A program made the position numbers and the translations under genes. This document shows positions 56,701-64,000 of a DNA stretch of 64,000 nucleotides, in pieces. Under the pieces are notes generated by a model. That model worked only from the letters and a program-made list of their open reading frames with translations, had not been told where the DNA came from and made no database searches. The stretch's first letter is position 1. Each line of letters begins with the position of its first letter. Where the stretch lies: positions 9,032 through 73,031 of the forward strand of contig JBEEGH010000034.1 in NCBI GenBank assembly GCA_041166745.1. The letters are read 5' to 3'. This DNA is from Acidimicrobiaceae bacterium. GTDB lineage: Bacteria; Actinomycetota; Acidimicrobiia; Acidimicrobiales; JACDCH01.

Positions 56701-58191
56701 CTCGTCGCTCGGGTAACGGCCGGACAACAGATCGAGCACCGTCGCGAGCACGTCGTCGGACAAGTCGGCGAAGTTGGCGGACCGGCGCACGAGCGCGGCC
56801 AGCTCGTCGAGCTTCCACTCGTCGAGCGCGCACATCGCGACGATCTGCTGCGCGAGTACGTCGAGCGGGTTGCGCGGATAGCGGGTGTGCTCGATCAAGC
56901 CATCGCGCATGCGCTGGACCACGACGGTGGCCTCGACGAGATCCGCGCGATGTTTGGGAAAGAGCTTGCCCCGGCTCGGCTCGCCCACCTGGTGGCCGGC
57001 GCGGCCGATGCGTTGCAAGCCCGACGCCACGGACCGGGGCGACTCCACCTGGACGACGAGGTCGACGGCACCCATGTCGATGCCGAGCTCGAGACTCGAC
57101 GTGCACACGAGCCCGCGAAGGCGCCCTGACTTCAACGCGTCTTCGATCTGGAGCCGCCGCTCACGCGACAGCGACCCGTGATGCGCCATCACGAGGTCTT
57201 CGGCGGGAGCGTCCGTCGGCGGCGTCCCGCTCGCCTCGGCGGCGGCGTTCTCGCCTTCGAACTTCAGCTCGTTGAGCCGCGTCGCCAACCGCTCGGCCAG
57301 TCGACGGGAGTTCACGAAGATGAGCGTGGACCGATGCGACTCGACGAGCTCGAGCAGCCGCGGATGCATGGCCGGCCAGATCGAGCGTCGGACCGGGCCC
57401 GCTGCCGCCGGCCCGCTGACCGGCTCTTCGATGATCTCACCGAGCGCGCCCATGTCGTCGACCGGCACGATCACTTCCACGTCGAGCTGCTTGCGCATGC
57501 CCGCGTCGACGATCGTGACCGGCCGCGGCTGGCCATCCTCGCCGCGCCCGCCGAGGAAACGGGCGATCTCGTCGAGCGGACGTTGCGTGGCGGACAGGCC
57601 GATGCGCTGCGGTGACTGGTCGCAGATGGCCTCGAGCCGCTCGAGCGTCAACGAGAGATGGGCGCCGCGTTTGGTGGCGGCCAGCGCGTGGATCTCGTCG
57701 ATGATCACCGCGTCGATGTTGCGCAGGGTCTCGCGGGCCTGCGAGGTGAGCATGAGGTACAGCGACTCGGGCGTGGTGATGAGCAGGTCGGGTGGTTCAC
57801 GCACCAGCCGACGCCGTTCGTCTGACGGTGTGTCGCCGGTGCGCATGCCCACCGAGGGTTGATGCACGGTGAGGCCGAGACGCTCGGCGGCCAGACGGCT
57901 GCCGGCGAGCGGAGCCCGCAGGTTCTTCTCCACGTCGACCGCCAGGGCGCGCAGCGGAGACACATAGAGAAGACGCGTGCGCCGCACCTTCTCGGGGGCC
58001 GGCTCGGTCATCAGCCGATCGATGCCCCACAGGAACGCGGCCAGCGTCTTGCCCGAGCCCGTGGGAGCGAGGATCAGCGTGTGGTCGCCGGCGGCGATGG
58101 CCGGCCAGCCCTGCGCCTGGGCGTCTGTGGGCGCGGGAAAGCTGGACTCGAACCAGGCCCGAACGGGCGCCGAGAAACGGTCAAGCGCTAT
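53743..58191 (-). CDS. lhr: Lhr family SF2 helicase (long form)
   Basis: Q-motif and APTGSGKT lie upstream of ATG 58011; DEIH, SAT, HHGS, LELGID, QRIGR; the frame extends to a probable ATA start at 58191. Confidence 0.92.
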   Translation of the reverse strand: MALDRFSAPVRAWFESSFPAPTDAQAQGWPAIAAGDHTLILAPTGSGKTLAAFLWGIDRLMTEPAPEKVRRTRLLYVSPLRALAVDVEKNLRAPLAGSRLAAERLGLTVHQPSVGMRTGDTPSDERRRLVREPPDLLITTPESLYLMLTSQARETLRNIDAVIIDEIHALAATKRGAHLSLTLERLEAICDQSPQRIGLSATQRPLDEIARFLGGRGEDGQPRPVTIVDAGMRKQLDVEVIVPVDDMGALGEIIEEPVSGPAAAGPVRRSIWPAMHPRLLELVESHRSTLIFVNSRRLAERLATRLNELKFEGENAAAEASGTPPTDAPAEDLVMAHHGSLSRERRLQIEDALKSGRLRGLVCTSSLELGIDMGAVDLVVQVESPRSVASGLQRIGRAGHQVGEPSRGKLFPKHRADLVEATVVVQRMRDGLIEHTRYPRNPLDVLAQQIVAMCALDEWKLDELAALVRRSANFADLSDDVLATVLDLLSGRYPSDEFAELRPRIVWDRVNGIVRGRAGAQRLAVTSGGTIPDRGLFGVFLPDGTRVGELDEEMVYESRPGETFLLGASTWRIEDITYERVIVTPAPGMPGKMPFWHGDGPGRPLELGRAVGEFVRNVRGWGAPAVQRLHDEFGLDPRAATNLVQYLDEQAEATGAVPDDRTIVVERFRDEIGDWRVCILSPFGAQVHAPWAMALQARLSERWGIDVELLWSDDGIVVRLPEAIDELPIADLLIDPEEIDDLVISQLPNTAMFASRFRECAARALLLPRRRPDKRTPLWQQRQKAADLLSVAANHPTFPILLEATRECINDVFDVPALRTVLAELRSRAIRVVPVDTQSASPFAQSLVFSWIAAYMYEGDSPIAERRAAALSLDRDLLRDLLGAEELRDLLDPGALADLELELQHLVDGRRARDADELHDLLRVLGPMTAVDLDARSVSDPSPWAEQLVSERRAIAVSIAGETRFAAAEDAARLRDALGVALPIGLPGAFTESVDEPMLDLVARFARTHGPFLTAHVAAHLGVGADRVQPSLEKLEREGRVVRGEFRPDGVEREWCDDDVLRQLRRRSLAVLRREVEPVDGVALARFLPAWQGVGSNRHGIDGVVDVLGVLSGAAIPASVLEADVLPARLAEYRASDLDLLCTSGEVVWVGAGAIGSSDGRIRVVFRDQAPLLVPSATEIDLGPGHQALLAHLEARGASFWPELVQAIGAAGLRYDDGEVLTSLWDLVWAGLVTNDSLAPLRAHVRARPARRATGRPRPGRLARLGPPAGSGRWSLVAPLLAPRPSSTEAAHARASQLLERYGVLTREAALGEGLEGGFAGVYPVLKALEERGRVRRGYFVAGLGAAQFAMPGAVDRLRSHRESGDSMLVLAATDPAQPYGAALPWPESGGRPARAAGAHVVLIDGQLAAYLERGGHSLVTFQVDGWASALHQLVERGRYRTLEIRKVNGEPVREVEAAAEQLRQAGFVDGYKGLVNRAPRS

Positions 58192-58246
58192 CCGACTGAC
58201 TCTACGGCCGGGGTACGACAGTGAGGCTGGGCCTTACACTCCTGGC

Positions 58247-58918
58247 GTGGCTGAGTACGTCTCCCCCGAATGGCATCCCGCCTTCGAGGAGTACTGCGAG
58301 ACCATCTTCGAGCTCCGAGAAGACGACGTCGACGTCATCCAGGCTCGGGTGGCGGAGCGCCTCGAGATCTCTCGCCCGGCCGTCTCCGAGATGATCAAAC
58401 GGATGGAAGGCGAGGGTCTCGTCCAGCTGCGGGCGGGCTCGATCACGCTGACCGACAGCGGACTGCGGCTCGCCGAGCGGGTCGTGCGTCGCCATCGACT
58501 GGCCGAGCGCTTCCTCACGGACATCCTCGGCTTGTCGTGGGCCGAGGCCCACAAAGAGGCCGGGAAGTGGGAGCACGTGATCTCCGAGAAGGTCGAGCAG
58601 GCGATCATGCGCGTGCTCGACAACCCCACCACATGCCCGCACGGCAATCCGATCCCGGGCAGCGACTACGCCGCGCCGCCAGCAGTTCCGCTCGTCGATC
58701 TCGACGTGGGCAGCGGCTTCACGGTGTCACGCATCCCGGAGGAGTTGGAGTTCTCTCCCGGCTTGCTCGAGTTCCTCGAGGAGGCCGACGTGTTGCCCGG
58801 CCGTCACGGAACGATCACCGCAACCTCACCCGACGGCACGACCACTGTCGAGATCGAGGGCCGCCACGTGGGCATCGGCTCGTTTGCCTCGAAGCGGATC
58901 CTCGTCACCTCCGGCTGA
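58247..58918 (+). CDS. DtxR/IdeR/MntR family metal-dependent regulator
   Basis: EEY..I.EL.E, RRHRLAERFL, EA.KWEHV, CPHGNPIP; TACACT 6 nt before GTG. Confidence 0.93.
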   Translation: MAEYVSPEWHPAFEEYCETIFELREDDVDVIQARVAERLEISRPAVSEMIKRMEGEGLVQLRAGSITLTDSGLRLAERVVRRHRLAERFLTDILGLSWAEAHKEAGKWEHVISEKVEQAIMRVLDNPTTCPHGNPIPGSDYAAPPAVPLVDLDVGSGFTVSRIPEELEFSPGLLEFLEEADVLPGRHGTITATSPDGTTTVEIEGRHVGIGSFASKRILVTSG

Positions 58919-58933
58919 CGCTCGCGCCGCGCG

Positions 58934-59296
58934 TCACAGGCTGATGACGCGGTCCGCCTCTTCTATGAGGCGGGCCACATCCGGAGGCGCCACCCACTGT
59001 CCGCCGAGCTCGGCCAGGTCGTCATCGGTCGCCCCACGGGCGACGGCGCAGCCCTTTCAGACGTACACCGGCACTTCGTGCTGTCGAACCTTGGCGAACA
59101 GATCGCGAAGTGGCGGCAGACCGAGACCTTCGAGTCGTTCGCGGACATCCGCCTTCACCATCTCGGTTGCGTCTCCGGCCAGCATGATGCTGACGGCGTG
59201 ACCCACCTCGATCGAACCGTTCACCGCGAGGTGGATCGGGATCGATGCTCGGGTCGGATCGGCCGCACCGCTTGTCGCCATGTACAACATCCGCAT
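58934..59296 (-). CDS. DsrE-family protein, probable selenoprotein (in-frame TGA 59057-59059, U80-K-G-C83)
   Basis: DsrE N-terminus (DPTRASIP, LAGDA) continues past the TGA as KGCAVARG...LIEEADRVISL; hairpin 12 nt after the TGA. Confidence 0.8.
59028..59044 (-). promoter_or_regulatory. Putative bacterial SECIS hairpin
   Basis: GTCGCCC-GTG-GGGCGAC; the apical loop starts with G, 19 nt after the UGA. Confidence 0.65.
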
Positions 59297-59313
59297 GCGC
59301 AGAGCGTACGCGC

Positions 59314-59769
59314 CTACAGCCGCAGGGGTTTGATCGGGGCGAAGACGGCCATGGGATCGTCGCGCCACGTCTCGGGCTGCACGTCGATGTAGAGCTCGAT
59401 CTCGTTGCCGTCCGGGTCCTGGATGTAGAGGCTGTGGGTCACGCCGTGATCGGAGGACCCGACGATCGATACACCCGCGGCTTCCAGATCACGCACAGCA
59501 GCACGAAGCTCGTCGTCCGTGTCGCCGACCTTCAAGCCGAAGTGGTACAGACCGATCCGCCGGCCTTCGGGGATCGGGACTGCGGTCGGGCCGACCTCGA
59601 TGAGCAGGAGCTCGTGGTGGGTCCGGCCCGACGAGAACGCCGCCGCCGGCATGCGGAGGGGCGTGTCCCCCGCGACCTCGGTCCATCCGAGAACGTCCTT
59701 GTAGAAGCGGCGAGACCGCTCCAGGTCTTTGACGTACAGCACCACATGGCCGAGCTCTTTGACGTGCAT
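59314..59769 (-). CDS. VOC/glyoxalase family protein
   Basis: LGHVVLYV.D...S..FY, HHEL, LYHFG, SLY..DPDGNEIE. Confidence 0.9.
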   Translation of the reverse strand: MHVKELGHVVLYVKDLERSRRFYKDVLGWTEVAGDTPLRMPAAAFSSGRTHHELLLIEVGPTAVPIPEGRRIGLYHFGLKVGDTDDELRAAVRDLEAAGVSIVGSSDHGVTHSLYIQDPDGNEIELYIDVQPETWRDDPMAVFAPIKPLRL

Positions 59770-59829
59770 CGGGTGTGCTGAACGCTGCGGGATGGGCACC
59801 GATTCCCACCTTCTGAGTACCGTCTGCCC

Positions 59830-61040
59830 ATGGGCACAGATCGGTACACGATCATCTCGGCCGACACGCACGCCGGGGGCAGCCACGCCGAGTACCGCGA
59901 GTACCTCGACCCGAAGTACGTCGAGGACTTCGATGCCTGGCGCGGCCGCTACAAGAACCCGTACAAGGATCTCAAGAACACCGACCTGCGCGTCCGCAAC
60001 TGGGACAGCGAGCGTCGGTTCAAGGAACAAGAAGCCGACGGCATCGTCGCCGAAGTCATCTTTCCCAACACCGTGCCGCCGTTCTTCCCGAGCTTCGTGC
60101 TCTTCGCCCGCCCGCCGACCGACGAGCAGTACGAGCACCGGCTCGCGGGCATCCGTGCCCACAATCGCTGGCTGGCGGACTGGTGCGCGGAGTACCCGGA
60201 TCGGCGCGCGGGAATCGGACAGATCTTCCTGAACGACATCGACGACGCAATCGAAGACGTGCGCTGGATCAAAGAGCACGGCTTGCGCGGCGGCATCCTC
60301 CTGCCCACCATCGCACCGGACGTGACCTGGGTGAAACCGCTGTATCACCCGGACTACGACCGCCTCTGGGCCGTGTGCGAAGACCTCGGCGTCGTCGTGA
60401 ACAGTCACGGCGGCACCGGCTCACCCGACTACGGGCCGTTCCCCGTCTCCGCACTTCTGATGATCATGGAGGTGCAGTTCTACGGACAGCGGCCGTTCGT
60501 GCATCTGTTGCTGTCCGGCGTGTTCGAGCGCTTCCCGCGCCTCAAGTTCGCGATGACGGAGATGGGCTGCGCGTGGGTGCCTCCGATGCTCGACCACCTC
60601 GACGGCATGCTCGCCAACGTGCGCGACCGCGGCGCGATCGGAGAGCTTCGCTTCGCGAAAGACCACATCCTTCCGAAGTCGGCGACGGAGTACTTCCACC
60701 AGAACTGCTGGATGGGCGTGAGCCAGCCGGCACAAGCGGATGCTGCCGCCCGCGACGTGATCGGTCTCGATCGCTTCATGTGGGGCAGCGACTATCCGCA
60801 CGACGAGGGGACGTATCCGTTCACGCGCGAGCATCTGCGTCAAGTGTTCGCGGGTGTCGAGCCTGCATTGATGCGGCGCTTGCTCGCGGAGAACGCCGCG
60901 ACGCTCTACGAGTTCGATCTCGACAAGCTCGCGCCGATCGCCGCGGAAGTCGGCCCGACCGTGGCCGAGATCGCCGAGCCCCTTACCGAGCTGCCCGAAA
61001 ACGCCAACGAAGCGCTCAGACGGGGAAGGGCCCCCGCCCG

Positions 61041-61044
<4 letters not shown>
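59830..61044 (+). CDS. Amidohydrolase 2 family protein
   Basis: ISADTHAG, GVFERFP.LK, WGSDYPH.E. Confidence 0.92.
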
Positions 61045-62840
<1,796 letters not shown>

Positions 62841-62866
62841 TGGCCGGTCAACCTAGTGTCCACAGA

Positions 62867-63466
62867 ATGCTGTTCGAGCAGCGCTTCTGGCCACTGATCG
62901 CCGACGGATCGGTCACGCTCACGTTCCGCCGATGGCGGCGATGCCAAGCGATCGCCGGGCGGCGCTACCGAACGCCTGGCGGCATCATCGAGGTCGAGCG
63001 GGTGGACATCGTGGCGCCGGCCAGCATCACGGATCTCGATGCCCGCCTGTCGGGATTCGAGTCGGCAGCTGCAGTCGTCGCGAAGCTCGGTGGCGACGAG
63101 TCATCACCGACCTATCGCGTGCAGTTCCACATCGTCGCCGAACCCGACCCGCGCGCGGTGCTCGCGGCGTCCGACGACCTGAGCGCGGAGGATCTGGCCG
63201 AGATCGACCGCCGCCTCGATCGCTTCGACCGCGCCAGCAGCCACGGACCGTGGACGAGGGCGGTGCTCGAAACGATCGCGGCGCGACCCGGGGTTCGAGC
63301 GCCGGATCTGGCGCAGGGCTTCGGTCGGGAGACCCAGCCGTTCAAGATCGATGTCCGCAAGCTCAAGAACCTCGGACTGACGATCAGCCTCACCGTCGGC
63401 TATCGCCTCTCGCCTCGCGGTGAGCGCTACCTCAACGCGCTGGCCAAGCGGCGGACACCTTCGTAG
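62867..63466 (+). CDS. ASCH-like domain + HTH protein
   Basis: I.DG.VT.TFRRW, A..SGF.S; C-terminal FK.DVRKLK.LGLT.SL..GY.LS.RG. Confidence 0.75.
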   Translation: MLFEQRFWPLIADGSVTLTFRRWRRCQAIAGRRYRTPGGIIEVERVDIVAPASITDLDARLSGFESAAAVVAKLGGDESSPTYRVQFHIVAEPDPRAVLAASDDLSAEDLAEIDRRLDRFDRASSHGPWTRAVLETIAARPGVRAPDLAQGFGRETQPFKIDVRKLKNLGLTISLTVGYRLSPRGERYLNALAKRRTPS

Positions 63467-64000
63467 AGCTGCTCGGGCGTGGCCGTGGCGAACGACAACC
63501 GCAACGCCCGGCGATGGTCGCCGTCGACGGCGAAGGCTCGGCCCGGCACGTAGGCCATGCCCTCCTCGAGTGCACGTGGCAGGAGTGCCTGCGTGTCGAT
63601 CGAGTCGACGAATTGTCCCCACACGAACATGCCGCCGTCGGGCGCGGCGAACTCGAACCGGTCGCCGAGCTCCGTTCGCAGGGCGTGCACGAGTGCGTTG
63701 CAGCGGTCGCTATACAGGGGCCGTAGGCGATCGAGCTGCGCGGTCATGAAGCCCGGAGCCGTCAGGACTCGATGGACCGCGCGTTGCGAGAGCGTCGAGG
63801 TGTGTAGGTCGACGGCCTGCTTGACCAACACCAAGGTCTGCGCCAACGGCCGCGGCGCGACGACGAAACCGATGCGAAGACCAGGGCAGACGATCTTCGA
63901 CACGGTCCCGAGGGTGACGACGCGATCACTGAACGACGCGATCGACGCCCGGGAAGGGCCGTTCCAGCGCAGCTCGCCGTACGGATCGTCCTCGACGACG
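63427..64000 (-). CDS. PLP-dependent aminotransferase class I/II (partial)
   Basis: EDDPYGEL, GTVSKI.CPGLRIG, GGMFVW, LRLSF. Confidence 0.9.
   Translation of the reverse strand, partial: VVEDDPYGELRWNGPSRASIASFSDRVVTLGTVSKIVCPGLRIGFVVAPRPLAQTLVLVKQAVDLHTSTLSQRAVHRVLTAPGFMTAQLDRLRPLYSDRCNALVHALRTELGDRFEFAAPDGGMFVWGQFVDSIDTQALLPRALEEGMAYVPGRAFAVDGDHRRALRLSFATATPEQLYEGVRRLASALR

Noticed and set aside
59057-59368. Truncated DsrE pseudogene
   Set aside because: The intact downstream frame, UxxC context and SECIS-like hairpin favour Sec read-through; a pseudogene remains the fallback if sel genes are absent.

Overview
High-GC actinobacterial chromosomal window (Acidimicrobiia-like by gene content; inference) with about 55 densely packed genes, many apparently leaderless, and one tRNA-Arg(CCT). 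There is no intact mobile element and no CRISPR array. Content includes three Zn-ribbon/class III cyclase/STAND-ATPase/TPR proteins (two in tandem), a 2531-aa secreted PKD-repeat protein divergent from a LAL regulator, a PHI-1/EXORDIUM-like secreted protein, an OmpR-type two-component system flanked by acidic secreted proteins, a SigF/SigB stress locus, an ABC exporter, a ligB/nei/lhr repair region and a membrane-anchored Hsp70-like ATPase. Several signals are missed by the ORF track. (1) A DsrE-family gene at 58934-59296 (-) reads through an in-frame TGA in a U-x-x-C motif followed by a SECIS-like hairpin, a probable selenoprotein. (2) A leaderless Cys-Cys sORF with alternative hairpins precedes a cysteine dioxygenase, a probable cysteine-sensing attenuator. 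(3) That sulfur cassette is bracketed by a 21-bp duplication of the 5' end of tRNA-Arg. (4) The lhr helicase apparently initiates at a non-canonical ATA. All calls come from reading motifs by eye; no database searches were run.
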